From positions 1 to 64,000 of IMG/VR virus record IMGVR_UViG_2841531823_000001: 64,000 nt of DNA; one strand, written 5' to 3'. The stretch comes from a virus (taxonomy: Duplodnaviria > Caudoviricetes). How positions within the stretch are numbered: position 1 is the stretch's first letter; every line of letters starts with the position of its first letter. This document shows positions 36,062 to 45,674 of this stretch, one piece after another. Below the pieces are notes generated by a model. The model searched no databases and was not told the origin of the DNA. It saw only the letters and a program-made list of their open reading frames with translations. A program made the position numbers and the translations under genes.

Positions 36062-37060
36062 TCAGCCAGCAGCCATATAGGCGTCGCGGTCCTCATCCGA
36101 GAGGGAGGCCAGAAGCTGCTCCTTCGTGCGAGGGTCGGCCTTGTCCATGGCGGCTTGGAACTGCGCCCAGCGGTTGCCACCGGCCTCAGTCGTGGCCGCG
36201 GCCGGGATATTGGCGAGCGTCATCGGCGGCGCGGGCTTCTTGCGCTGCTTCTCGGCCTGCTTCTCGGCCTGCGCCTCGCCCTTTTTCGCGCCCGGCATGG
36301 TGGGGATCGCTGCCTTCACGGCCGGCTGGTCCAGCAGATAGCGCCGGTGCGCAAGTTCGAGCATCTGGCGCGGCGACAGCGCGGAATAGCGCGGATCGCC
36401 CGTCACAGCGCGCACATGGGCGTCGTAGGCTTCGGCGTGCTCCTCGGTGATGAGGTCCGGCACCTCCTTGAGGTAGGCGATGGCGGCATCCTTGAACGAG
36501 GTCGCGAACGCCTGATCCTGCGCCTCCTGCAACTTGCGCTGGAGGTTGGCCGTCGCCTCGGCTGCGATTCCGGCGTCGATCTCGGCGAGCTTGGCCCGGT
36601 ATTCTTCCCGCGTGTGCTCGCCATCCTCGTATTCATCGAAGAGAGCCGCCCGCTTGGCGTTGGCGGCCTCGGTGGCGTCCTTGAAGGCGGCGTCGAGCAT
36701 GGCCTGATCGGGCACGACAGGCGCGGCGGCCGCGGCCGGGGGCTCCTCATGTGCGGGTTCCACGCCTTCGGTGCCATCGGCCACCGGCTCCGGCGGATCG
36801 TCCGCAAACATGATGGCTTCGCGCTCTTCTTTCGTCAGCGCGAAGCCCTCGGGCAGACCCTCGTCGTCGTCGTCATCGTCTCCTGCGTCGTCGTCCTCGT
36901 CCAGCGCCTTCAGGGCGGCGCGCTCGGCGGGCGAGAGCCGCTCCAGCTCGTCCTCGCTCGGCTCTCCGGTGGGCTCCACGTCCGGCGCGAGCTTCGGAAG
37001 GGTGGCGGCGGCCTCCTCGGCCGTTGGTGCTTGGGTGGTCGGGTCGTTGGGGTCAGCCAT
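36062..37060 (-). CDS. capsid scaffolding protein
   Basis: Very acidic and helical; between portal and capsid genes; AGGAGG RBS. Confidence 0.7.
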   Translation of the reverse strand: MADPNDPTTQAPTAEEAAATLPKLAPDVEPTGEPSEDELERLSPAERAALKALDEDDDAGDDDDDDEGLPEGFALTKEEREAIMFADDPPEPVADGTEGVEPAHEEPPAAAAAPVVPDQAMLDAAFKDATEAANAKRAALFDEYEDGEHTREEYRAKLAEIDAGIAAEATANLQRKLQEAQDQAFATSFKDAAIAYLKEVPDLITEEHAEAYDAHVRAVTGDPRYSALSPRQMLELAHRRYLLDQPAVKAAIPTMPGAKKGEAQAEKQAEKQRKKPAPPMTLANIPAAATTEAGGNRWAQFQAAMDKADPRTKEQLLASLSDEDRDAYMAAG

Positions 37061-37074
37061 CTTGGCCTCCTGCA

Positions 37075-37233
37075 TCACGCGGTGACGTGCTTGGCCGCCC
37101 ACATGGCGGCCTCCTCAATCTTGGTCTTGGCGAGCGACAGTTCGCGGCCAGTACCAAGGCTGCCGATGACGGCGAGAAATGCGGCAGCCGCATCCTCAAC
37201 CATCTTGAGATCGGCCTTCTGATTGTCAGTCAC
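37075..37233 (-). CDS. Acb2/Tad1-like helical-hairpin protein (52 aa)
   Basis: AGGAG RBS before GTG; RELSLAKTKIEEAAMWAAK motif; not in ORF track. Confidence 0.7.
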   Translation of the reverse strand: MTDNQKADLKMVEDAAAAFLAVIGSLGTGRELSLAKTKIEEAAMWAAKHVTA

Positions 37234-37284
37234 GACGGTTCTCCTATGGGTGGTGGGCCGGGCTCCGCGCCCGGCCGGTATGGG

Positions 37285-37767
37285 TCAGACGGGGGCGAGG
37301 AAGTTGGCTGCCTTGGCGGCCAGCCGCGCGCGGTCGCCGTGGTTCTCCGATGCGAAGGCCCCGAGCAGGCCGGCGATGATGGCGCGGGCCTCGGCGAGCT
37401 TCTCGGCATCGGCCTCGAAGTCGAGCGTCTGGATGAAGATGCCGGCAGGCTTGGACAACTCGCCGCGCAACTCCTCATCGGAAATGGGCAGCTTCGGCGA
37501 GGCGCTGCACACGCGGTCCGGCCCGCACTTCGGCCCATCGAGTTCCACGCCCAGCAGCTGCGCCACGGCGCGCACGGCGGCGTCATCGCCTTTCGCCAGA
37601 TCCTTGACGCGCTCTCTGTTCGGCACGAGGTCGGCGTCGTCCTCGATAGACCAGCCGCCGGGCATCATCTCGCGCATGACGATCCGGCGCAGCGGCGGCG
37701 GCGCGACTTTCGGCGCCGCCACGTTCGGGCTGACGATGCAGCCGGCAGGGGGAAATTGGTTGCTCAC
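37285..37767 (-). CDS. hypothetical protein
   Basis: GTGA overlap with portal stop, AAGGA RBS. Confidence 0.55.
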   Translation of the reverse strand: MSNQFPPAGCIVSPNVAAPKVAPPPLRRIVMREMMPGGWSIEDDADLVPNRERVKDLAKGDDAAVRAVAQLLGVELDGPKCGPDRVCSASPKLPISDEELRGELSKPAGIFIQTLDFEADAEKLAEARAIIAGLLGAFASENHGDRARLAAKAANFLAPV

Positions 37768-39980
37768 GGCTGAAGTCCTTCCATCGGTTGGGGTTGGGGT
37801 TGAGGTTCCGCCGGCATGGGCATGTCGCCGGCCGGCATTGGGGCTGCATCCAGCGCCGGGGCGGCACCGGAGGCGGCGAGGAGCGCGTCGGCGGTGTCAA
37901 CCGCGGGCTCGGCCTGGAGCATCTGGATCGCCGTCTCCAGCGCGGCGCGCAGCTGGGCGAGGCGGTCGGTCGGCAGGGACGCCTCCGCCTTAGCGGCTTG
38001 GACGGCCTTGAGCGCGGCCGCGGCTTGCTTGTCGGCGGCCTCGCCCTCGAGCTTGGCGAGCTCGGCCATGGCGGCGCGCTGCTCCATCTCGGCTTGCGCG
38101 GCCTTGGCCTCCTCGCGCGCCTGGCGCTCGGGATCGGGCGAGTTCGGGTCCGCGTCGGGATCCTCCTGCCCGGTCAGGCCGCGGATGCGCTTCACGATCT
38201 CCTCCTGCGAGGGGATGTCCATGGCCTCTACCAGCAGGTCCAGAAGCGCCATGACGATCTGCGGGGCGACGGGTGCCAGCTGCATCAGAAGCTCAAGGAA
38301 GGCCTGCACCTGGGCCTCGCGCAGCGTTGCCGCCCACTCGTCTTCCGAGAGGATGTAATCGGCCTTGGTGCGCACGATGTCGTTCTCGGGCAGGCCATCC
38401 ATGACGGTGATGTATTCCGGCGTCCCGCGGCGGTTCGTGATGCGGAATTGCTTCTCCTCGGTCATGAACTGCTCGATGAGCGACAGCTTCTTTTCGCCGT
38501 GGATCTGTTTCCCCAGCCGGTAGGAGGCGAAGATCGGCGCGGTGGTGAGGGCGCCCTGATCCTGCCGCCGCTGGATCGCGATGCCGGACTTGGCGTTGGT
38601 CGTGCGGCCCATGTTCTCGTCGGTGATGCCGCTGAGACTCTGGATCATCCCGCGCTCCACTTCGAGGAGCCCCAGCTGGGACTGCGCAAGCTCGCGGTCG
38701 GACACGATCTCGATGTTCTTGCCGACGTTCTTCTCGATCACGAAGTCAGGGCGCGCGATTTCCTCGATGAAATCATCGATGTCATCCACGGCGCCCTTGT
38801 CCATGATGACGCCCTTGCTGTTCAGCAGGTATTGAGCCTTGCTGAACCGCTTGTTGATGTCCGCTTGGGCGTCCCGCATCTGCCGGACGACGCCATAGGG
38901 CATCCCGTTGTCGGACCGGCGGTAACACCAGAGGGGCGTGAGCGGGAAACGGTTGTGCCGATAGGGCGACGGGCTGAGATAGAGCATCCCCGCCGAGGTG
39001 AAGATGGCGACGAACATGCGGAACGTCGTCTTGCGGGTGACGCGGGCCCGGCCGGCGGCCACCTCCTCCTGATGCCCGGGGCTCCACTCGTCGTAGAGTT
39101 CGCCCGAGAACTGGCCGCCGGAGACGCGGCGCTCCTTCACCGGCACCCGGAACCAGCACTCGATCAGCCGCACCCGGTCCCGCGTCGCGGTGGAATACTC
39201 GGACATCAGGTCGCCGGTGGTGTCGATCATCTCCTCTTGGGCGTCCATCGCCGTGTCGCCCATGCGATCAAGGCTCACGGTGTAATCCTGCAGGGATTTC
39301 GCCGACATCTCGATCAGGGTCGCGCGGTCGGGGAAGATGTCGGCCGCCGTATCGAGGTCCACCCATTTCGTGCGGAACAGGTAGCGGGCATCCGACAGGT
39401 CATCCTCGCGCGAGGCGCTGTCCCAGAGGATGTTGCGCCACGATTCAGCGCGGTCATAGATCGGCTCGCCCTCGGCCTCGTCCTGCACGCCGGCCTCGAG
39501 CCAGCCCACGCCGGCCTTGACCTGCTCGCCGAACGCCTTGGAGCCGTGCGCTTCCGAGCGGTTGACGTCGCTCAGATACTTGAGGATCTGGCTCTTGCGC
39601 TCGCCCGCCTTGGCGCCCTCCTTGCGGCGAGGCAGCACCTTGCCATCGGTCCTCGTGCGCTGCTCGGTGCCGAGCATCCAGTTGATGCTCTGCGCGATGA
39701 GGTTGAGCACCATGGGCTCCTGCCCGCGGTCGCGGAGGGTCTGCGCGTCGGCGGCGGTCCACTGGATGCCGTCATAGAAGGCCTCGTCGGCCTCCATCTG
39801 AGCCCGGTTTTCGGAATGGATCGATAGCTCGCGCATGTAGTGCCCGAGCAGGCGATGGTGCAGATCGGTGGCGGGCTGCGTGTCCAGATGGGCCCCGAGG
39901 GCGGCATCGACATCTCCGAGCAGGCCCTGGAGGAACTTGGTGGGCATTCGCGCCCCGAAGCGATGGGCCATGTCAGACAT
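37764..39980 (-). CDS. portal protein (P22-like)
   Basis: FYDGIQWT, PYRHNRFP, YGVVRQMRDAQADINKR, SGIAIQRRQDQG. Confidence 0.9.
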   Translation of the reverse strand: MSDMAHRFGARMPTKFLQGLLGDVDAALGAHLDTQPATDLHHRLLGHYMRELSIHSENRAQMEADEAFYDGIQWTAADAQTLRDRGQEPMVLNLIAQSINWMLGTEQRTRTDGKVLPRRKEGAKAGERKSQILKYLSDVNRSEAHGSKAFGEQVKAGVGWLEAGVQDEAEGEPIYDRAESWRNILWDSASREDDLSDARYLFRTKWVDLDTAADIFPDRATLIEMSAKSLQDYTVSLDRMGDTAMDAQEEMIDTTGDLMSEYSTATRDRVRLIECWFRVPVKERRVSGGQFSGELYDEWSPGHQEEVAAGRARVTRKTTFRMFVAIFTSAGMLYLSPSPYRHNRFPLTPLWCYRRSDNGMPYGVVRQMRDAQADINKRFSKAQYLLNSKGVIMDKGAVDDIDDFIEEIARPDFVIEKNVGKNIEIVSDRELAQSQLGLLEVERGMIQSLSGITDENMGRTTNAKSGIAIQRRQDQGALTTAPIFASYRLGKQIHGEKKLSLIEQFMTEEKQFRITNRRGTPEYITVMDGLPENDIVRTKADYILSEDEWAATLREAQVQAFLELLMQLAPVAPQIVMALLDLLVEAMDIPSQEEIVKRIRGLTGQEDPDADPNSPDPERQAREEAKAAQAEMEQRAAMAELAKLEGEAADKQAAAALKAVQAAKAEASLPTDRLAQLRAALETAIQMLQAEPAVDTADALLAASGAAPALDAAPMPAGDMPMPAEPQPQPQPMEGLQP

Positions 39981-40422
39981 GATCGCGGATCTCCCGTTCG
40001 GCGGTTCGGCCGGTGGCGTTGTTTCGGAGCAGCATCTCGGCCACGGCCTCCTGCTCCGAGCGCGGCATGGGCGGGCAGGTGATGAGCTCGTGCAGGTTCT
40101 CCACCACCGCCGTCCGCACGCGATGCACGTCGGCGATGATGAGGCTGGAGAGCCCGAGGGCGTCGCAGAACAGCATGGCCCGCTTGGTGGCCTCCAGCTG
40201 GTCCCCGCGGGTCTCGTCCCAGATCCATGCCGTCGACATGGGCACGACGCAGGGGATGATGCGGTCGTAGCCGAGCATGGTGTCGGCCGCTGGGGTGAGG
40301 ACGAGGCAGGACTCGCCCGTCATGCGGTTCCACGTCGTCCAGACGGAGATCCGCCGATAGTCGCGCCGGCACCAGGAGAAGCGCAGGTCGTAGGCGGGCT
40401 TATAGTCCGGGGTGTCGCTCAT
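39973..40422 (-). CDS. hypothetical protein
   Basis: ATGA coupling to terminase stop. Confidence 0.65.
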   Translation of the reverse strand: MSDTPDYKPAYDLRFSWCRRDYRRISVWTTWNRMTGESCLVLTPAADTMLGYDRIIPCVVPMSTAWIWDETRGDQLEATKRAMLFCDALGLSSLIIADVHRVRTAVVENLHELITCPPMPRSEQEAVAEMLLRNNATGRTAEREIRDHV

Positions 40423-42002
40423 ATGGCGAGGCCTCCTGATGTGCGGCGGCGCGGCCGGCGGGGTGCGGAGATGAGGGCGGGATTGAAACCTTGCGCCCAT
40501 TGGCGGAACGCGTCGGCGGCTTCGGAATGGCCTTCCAGCTTCTCGGGCTCGTGCGACCAGACGCCGAGGCGCTGGTTCCATTTCTTGCGGTAGAGGCCGA
40601 GGTGATCGAGGCCGGCCTTGCAGGCTTCTGCGTCGAACCACGCCTGCCCGAACTTGGCCCGCGTCAGGTCAATGCCGTGCTGAATGGTCTCGACGCGCGG
40701 CACGATGTGCCATGTCCAGTCGGGTGCGAGCTCGGACAGCATGTCGAGCGGCGCGGCGATGCGGTCGGCCACCTGCCGCTCGTGTGTGGCGTCGTGGGGC
40801 AGGAACATCCCGCCGAAGATGTAGCCGGTCTCGCGCAGGCGCCGGACAAAGTGGCTGTAGCCCTCGCCCCAACCCTCCATGAAGCCGATGAACCGGTCCT
40901 GTGTCCCGACGTACTGGTGAAGCCAGATGGCCGTGCCGTCGCCTGCGCCGATGTCCCAGAACGTGTTGACGCGGACCTGCTCGATGTAGGGGACGCGGCT
41001 GATCCGCCCCTGGACACGCGCGCGGGCCAGCTGCGGGGCGTAGAAGGTGCCCTCGGTGGACTTGCGCCAGCACTCGGCCGAAGTGCTGGGCATCTCCTGC
41101 CACATCTTCTCGCCGTCGCCGGCGAAATCGTTCTCGCGCTTGGCGATGTACCAGGCGCGCTGACGCGGCGAGATCTTCGTGCCGGTCTCGGCCTCGACCT
41201 CGGCGAAGTACGCGGCATCGGCGGGCGTAATGAGGATGCCGGTGGGGTCGACCTGATAGCCGGGATCGCGCCACCATGGGAAGAAGTGGAACTTCCACTC
41301 GGTGTCCGCGAGGAGCTTGCCGATCTGCGCCAGCGCCTCGGCCCGCGTGGCAATGTCATAGAAGGCGCCGCTCTGGCCCTCGGCCGTGGACTCGATGATC
41401 GCGATGCCGGTGAGCGGGACGGCCGGAAGCGAGCCGGTGACAATCTCCTTCGCCTTCTCTGGGAACTTGGCCGCGATCTTGCCCATCTCGGAGACGTGCA
41501 AACGGTGGATGGTGCCCGAGCGCATGGAGGTGGCGACGCGGATCGCCGAGTTGTTGTGCGCGAACCAGAGCTCCTTGGCGCTGTCCCGGGCGAGCGGCAT
41601 CCGTTCGCGGATCGGCTCGGGAAGGTTCTGATAGGCGAACTTCACCTTGTCGCGGAAGATCGTGGCGGCGTCTTCGAGGCTGTGCGCGATGATGCCGACA
41701 CGCTGATCGGGGACGAAGAGGGCGTGGTCCAGCCACATGATCGCGATGACGGTGGTGAACCCCAGCTGCCGCGCCTTCAGGATGACGTTGCGATAGTGGA
41801 GCGCGTCGATGAACTCGCGCTGCGCCTGGTTGGGGATGAAGGGCATGACGTGCCCCTCGGTGTCCTCGTCCCCCTTGACCATGATCTTGTAGAGCTGGCC
41901 GCTGAACAGGCGCCAGCGAGGGGACCGGAGGCACGCGGCCCAATCCTCGGCCGTCTGCGGCACGAATGCCGGATCCACCTCGACCGGTCCGATGGCGCTC
42001 AT
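40419..42002 (-). CDS. terL: terminase large subunit
   Basis: ILKARQLGFTT Walker A, LHVSE Walker B, IESTAEG, nuclease WDIG..D and SEAADAF. Confidence 0.93.
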   Translation of the reverse strand: MSAIGPVEVDPAFVPQTAEDWAACLRSPRWRLFSGQLYKIMVKGDEDTEGHVMPFIPNQAQREFIDALHYRNVILKARQLGFTTVIAIMWLDHALFVPDQRVGIIAHSLEDAATIFRDKVKFAYQNLPEPIRERMPLARDSAKELWFAHNNSAIRVATSMRSGTIHRLHVSEMGKIAAKFPEKAKEIVTGSLPAVPLTGIAIIESTAEGQSGAFYDIATRAEALAQIGKLLADTEWKFHFFPWWRDPGYQVDPTGILITPADAAYFAEVEAETGTKISPRQRAWYIAKRENDFAGDGEKMWQEMPSTSAECWRKSTEGTFYAPQLARARVQGRISRVPYIEQVRVNTFWDIGAGDGTAIWLHQYVGTQDRFIGFMEGWGEGYSHFVRRLRETGYIFGGMFLPHDATHERQVADRIAAPLDMLSELAPDWTWHIVPRVETIQHGIDLTRAKFGQAWFDAEACKAGLDHLGLYRKKWNQRLGVWSHEPEKLEGHSEAADAFRQWAQGFNPALISAPRRPRRRTSGGLAI

Positions 42003-42709
42003 TGGTCCGTCTGCCGCTTGATCGGCAGGGGCGTGCCCTGCGCGGCCGCGATGAGATCGGCGAGGCCGTCAGTGACGCCGTGCTCGACCTTCTCTTTCAG
42101 GAGCCCCTTGTGCTTGGCGAGGACGTCGAACGCCTTCTCCTTCGAGGCCATGATGAACTCGATGCCGTTGCGCGTTTCCTTCACGCCCTCGAACAGGAGG
42201 GCCGCGGCGCCGGACAGGTCTCGGGTGTCTGCGAACCGGGTGTAGGGGATGCCGAGGCCAGCGCACTCAGGGCAGGCGGGGTTGGGCTTCTCGGTGAGCC
42301 TGTAGCCGAAGCCTCCTGCATCCGATGGCAAGGGCTTCCCGGCATCCTCGGCCTTGTCGCATTCCTCGCGCCACTCGCGCAGGGTCTTCCACTGGTACTG
42401 GTGATCGACGCCCCAGCAGTAGCGGCAGGCCCCGACGTGATGGGCGGTGAGCTCGCGCGGGTCGGCTTGCAGGATGGTGGCGGCGCGGGCGAGGAGGGCG
42501 TCTGCATCTAGCTCAAGCCGCTCGAACCGGGCGGCCTGGGCTTCGGCTATGGCCGCGGCGATCAGTGGTTTTCTGAGGTTTTCCGATCCGATGGCTTCGG
42601 CCGTCTTGGCGCTGTAACCGGCCCTGATGGCGGCTTGGGTGGCATTCAGGTCGATCAGGTATTCCCTGACGAATGCCTCTTGCCGCGCTGTGAGGGACGT
42701 CCTGCCCAC
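41999..42709 (-). CDS. terS: terminase small subunit
   Basis: LTARQEAFVREYLIDLNATQAAIRAGYS motif; AGGAGG RBS before GTG. Confidence 0.92.
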   Translation of the reverse strand: MGRTSLTARQEAFVREYLIDLNATQAAIRAGYSAKTAEAIGSENLRKPLIAAAIAEAQAARFERLELDADALLARAATILQADPRELTAHHVGACRYCWGVDHQYQWKTLREWREECDKAEDAGKPLPSDAGGFGYRLTEKPNPACPECAGLGIPYTRFADTRDLSGAAALLFEGVKETRNGIEFIMASKEKAFDVLAKHKGLLKEKVEHGVTDGLADLIAAAQGTPLPIKRQTDQ

Positions 42710-42860
42710 GATCCTGCCTCCTGCCTGTGGCTCGCAATGTGAACCAGATCGGCGGAATCGGCAAGATGTTGGGCCTTGGAGGCGCACGATGCCCAGATGT
42801 CGGGCCTATGAGGCTTTCTGGCGGCGTGCATAATGCCCGCGGATTGAAGCGGAGGGCACG

Positions 42861-43031
42861 ATGGACGCGAGATTGATCCTGATGGTGGTGGCGCTGGTGG
42901 TGGCGGCCGTCATGCTGCGGTGGGATGTGCAGCCCTTGGCCTCCAACAACTCGGTGGTGCTGGACCGCTGGAGCGGGAGCCTGACGTTCTGCTCGGGCAA
43001 TAAGTGCTTCCCGGGCCGGTATGAGCCATGA
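42861..43031 (+). CDS. small membrane/secreted moron-like protein (56 aa)
   Basis: GGAGG RBS; N-terminal hydrophobic helix, LDRWSG..C..C; opposite to flanking genes. Confidence 0.6.
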   Translation: MDARLILMVVALVVAAVMLRWDVQPLASNNSVVLDRWSGSLTFCSGNKCFPGRYEP

Positions 43032-43054
43032 AAAAGCCCCGCGAAGGCGGGGCC
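43031..43054. terminator. terminator between convergent genes
   Basis: A-tract then GCCCCGC-GAAG-GCGGGGC. Confidence 0.7.
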
Positions 43055-43078
43055 TGAGAGGGGGCGGCGCGGGTCGAC

Positions 43079-43300
43079 CTAGGTCCGCGGGGGCCGGTCC
43101 GGTGCGGGATGGCATCCCTTACGCATGATCCTGATGCCCTGTTGCAGGGTGATCTCGGTCCCGGCCCAGACAGGCAGTGCGGCCTCGAATGCAGCCAGGG
43201 CGAGGCTAAAGTGCAGGGCGCCGGCGAGCTCCTCACAATGGTTTCCGTCGCTGCTCCAGCGCATCACCTTGTACGGGAAGTCGAATAGGGTGGTGCGCAT
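43079..43300 (-). CDS. small putative SOS-regulated protein (73 aa)
   Basis: AAGGAGG RBS; LexA box upstream. Confidence 0.7.
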   Translation of the reverse strand: MRTTLFDFPYKVMRWSSDGNHCEELAGALHFSLALAAFEAALPVWAGTEITLQQGIRIMRKGCHPAPDRPPRT

Positions 43301-43320
43301 CTGGGCCTCCTTTTCGGTCG

Positions 43321-43335
43321 GAACATAGAGGGAAC
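43321..43335 (-). promoter_or_regulatory. alphaproteobacterial LexA box
   Basis: Exact GTTC-N7-GTTC (GTTCCCTCTATGTTC) overlapping a TATGTT -10. Confidence 0.75.
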
Positions 43336-43371
43336 TTCTGCGCGCGCAAGGACGAAAGCCGCTGGCGCCTT

Positions 43372-43626
43372 TCAGAGGCCCCGCGACGCAAGCCACCGCT
43401 TAAGCTCTGCCACGCGGGCCCGAGAATTGAGGCCGCCGCGCGGGCTGCAGGCGATCTGGAAGCGCGCCTCCTCGCCCGACGGCAGACGGATCATCAGGCC
43501 GGGGTGTCCCTTGCCCTCGGGCGGCACGACGCGATGCCGGAGCCCGAGGGTGTCGAGGTGCCGCGTGAGCGCCTGGTAGTCGGCATTCGTGCGGACTCGC
43601 TGGATCAGGCGGCACTTGCTGCCCAT
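43372..43626 (-). CDS. hypothetical protein (possibly HicA/dsRBD-like)
   Basis: 84 aa basic, GKGHP motif. Confidence 0.55.
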   Translation of the reverse strand: MGSKCRLIQRVRTNADYQALTRHLDTLGLRHRVVPPEGKGHPGLMIRLPSGEEARFQIACSPRGGLNSRARVAELKRWLASRGL

Positions 43627-43627
43627 G

Positions 43628-44227
43628 TCAGCGGGCTTTCGGGCCGACCGCGGCGCACACGGCATCGAGGCGCTTGCGCAGGCTGTCCAGGGTCTTTTGC
43701 GTGGCCTCGATCTCGGCGCGGATGGCGCGCATCTCGTCGTTCTCGCCGGCGGGCCCGTAGAGGTCTTCGCGGATCTCCGCGACCCAGCCCGGCATGATGT
43801 TCGGGCCAATGGCCTCAGCTATGGTCTTGTCGGTGTCGGTGCCCCGGTAGCGCGCGCCCGCGGTGTCATAGGCCATGTCGAGCATGGCGATGATCTCGCG
43901 CTTCTGCTCGCGGGTTGGTTGGCGCAGGGGCGCGAGCGCGGCGAGGCTCTTGCCTTCGATGGTGGCGGGCTTGGCGGTCATGGGTGGTGTCTCCTCGGGG
44001 TTGATCGATTTTCGGTCCAGTTTGCAGGTCGGGCAGCGGAGCCGACCGCGGACGCGCGCCCATCCGTGCGCACTGAGCTTGCGGTGCGCCTGTCCCTCGT
44101 TGGGGACCCAGCGGTTGCCTGGGCGGCGCTCGTAATCGCAGGTGATGGTCTGCTCGGCGCCGCAGTCGTCGCATTTGGCTGTGACCTGCGGCACGCCCCG
44201 GGCGCTGCGAGGGATGGCGATCAGCAT
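43628..44227 (-). CDS. zinc-finger hypothetical protein
   Basis: CDDC..CPTC plus C-terminal helical domain. Confidence 0.65.
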   Translation of the reverse strand: MLIAIPRSARGVPQVTAKCDDCGAEQTITCDYERRPGNRWVPNEGQAHRKLSAHGWARVRGRLRCPTCKLDRKSINPEETPPMTAKPATIEGKSLAALAPLRQPTREQKREIIAMLDMAYDTAGARYRGTDTDKTIAEAIGPNIMPGWVAEIREDLYGPAGENDEMRAIRAEIEATQKTLDSLRKRLDAVCAAVGPKAR

Positions 44228-44865
44228 CACGACCCCTCGCGGTCGGCCGCCCATGCGCGGCTAGTCTGGATGAGGTTGTTGCCCTCGCGCGCTGCCCGGA
44301 CGCAGGCCATGTAGTCGGGATCGTCCTCGCGGTTGCGGCGAGGCTCGGGGACTGGCGCCTCTGCCTCGCCCCAGCTGCTCGCCATGGGGGCCCGGCGGAT
44401 CGCCTCCATGCGGGCGGGCGTGAACCCGGCGCGGGCGAGGATCTCGGCGGCGGCGTCCTTGTCGACCGGATGGCGCTCGGGCTCGGGCGGGGGTGCGGCG
44501 GCGCGGCGGCGGGCGAGTTCGTCGGTGAACTCCTTCAGGGCGGCCTCGGACAGGCTCACGATGTCGGCCGGCGTCGGCCGGCGCTTGCCGGTCCTCTCCC
44601 ATGCGTCGAACCCGCGGGCCACGGCCCACGGCGGGAGGTTGCCGAGGGCCACGGCGAACCGCTCGATGATCTCGGCGCGGGCGACGTCATCGCTGGCGGC
44701 GTCGTAGTAGAGGGCGAGGCAGCGGCGGGTGCGGTCGAGCGTGTACGCCCTATCGCCACGAGTCTGGATCGCTCGGATCAGGTCCGGGGTCGATTTCGCC
44801 CGCGGCGACGCGACGGACGTACTCGCGGTGCTTGGCTGCAAAGCCCGGTTCTCGGTTGCGTCCAT
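44227..44865 (-). CDS. putative replication accessory/helicase-loader-like protein
   Basis: GAGGAG RBS; LPPWAV..W..RRPTPADI motif; overlaps end of initiator gene. Confidence 0.6.
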   Translation of the reverse strand: MDATENRALQPSTASTSVASPRAKSTPDLIRAIQTRGDRAYTLDRTRRCLALYYDAASDDVARAEIIERFAVALGNLPPWAVARGFDAWERTGKRRPTPADIVSLSEAALKEFTDELARRRAAAPPPEPERHPVDKDAAAEILARAGFTPARMEAIRRAPMASSWGEAEAPVPEPRRNREDDPDYMACVRAAREGNNLIQTSRAWAADREGS

Positions 44866-45622
44866 GCGGCTGGACTCCTCTGGCTGGTGGGGTCTTGGAA
44901 GGATCGAGCGGCGGAGCGGCGATGGCCGCGGCAAGGCGCTCGATGCCGGGGCGGAAGTAGCGGAGGGTGCTGGGCGGGCCGTCGCGCTTGCCCGCCATCA
45001 TTTCCGTGACGACGGACAGGATCTCGGCCTCGCCGATGCCGGGCATGGCGGCCCAGCGGGCGACCTCCTCCATGTCGGCGCGGGTGCCGATCTGGCGACC
45101 ACCGGGGCCGATGAGTCCCGAGACGGGATCAGCACCGCAGGCGGCGAGGATGCGCTCGCGGAGCGTCGTTTCGGCCCCGCGCGTACTACCACCACCACCT
45201 ATATCTACTGTGGGTATGGGTGTGGGTGTGGGTGTGGGGGCATCCGCTGGGCATTCGTTTGGCAATGCCGCGGCATCAGTCTTTTTTGTTTTCTTCCAAC
45301 GGGTTGCCGCTTTGTCGGCTTGCGATGCGCTTTTTTTGGACACAAATGCGCGTTCCTTAACGAGCCTCTTTTGCGTCCAAGTTTTCCGTCTTCCGTCGCG
45401 GCGCCAGAACTGCATGACCACCGGACGGACCTCCTGCCAGCGGTCGAGAGGCAGTCCGGCGAGGCGGGCGAGCAGGCGGTCATCATCTGGCAGGCTGCAT
45501 TCCGGCCGGCGCCACGCCTCCATCATCAGGAGCAGGTACGCCCCATGCTCCTCAGTGTTTAGGTGCCGCGTGTCCGCGAGGTAGGCATCGGTGAAGAGCG
45601 GCAGGGCAGGAAACTCGGCCAT
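44750..45622 (-). CDS. replication initiator, YdaU/DUF1376-like
   Basis: LPLFTDAYLADTRHLNTEEHGAYLLLMMEAW..LPDDD..LARLA. Confidence 0.85.
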   Translation of the reverse strand: MAEFPALPLFTDAYLADTRHLNTEEHGAYLLLMMEAWRRPECSLPDDDRLLARLAGLPLDRWQEVRPVVMQFWRRDGRRKTWTQKRLVKERAFVSKKSASQADKAATRWKKTKKTDAAALPNECPADAPTPTPTPIPTVDIGGGGSTRGAETTLRERILAACGADPVSGLIGPGGRQIGTRADMEEVARWAAMPGIGEAEILSVVTEMMAGKRDGPPSTLRYFRPGIERLAAAIAAPPLDPSKTPPARGVQPHGRNREPGFAAKHREYVRRVAAGEIDPGPDPSDPDSWR

Positions 45623-45674
45623 CAGACCCTCCTCGGGTCACAATCCGGGGCACATGCGCGGGCTTGCGAAAGGG

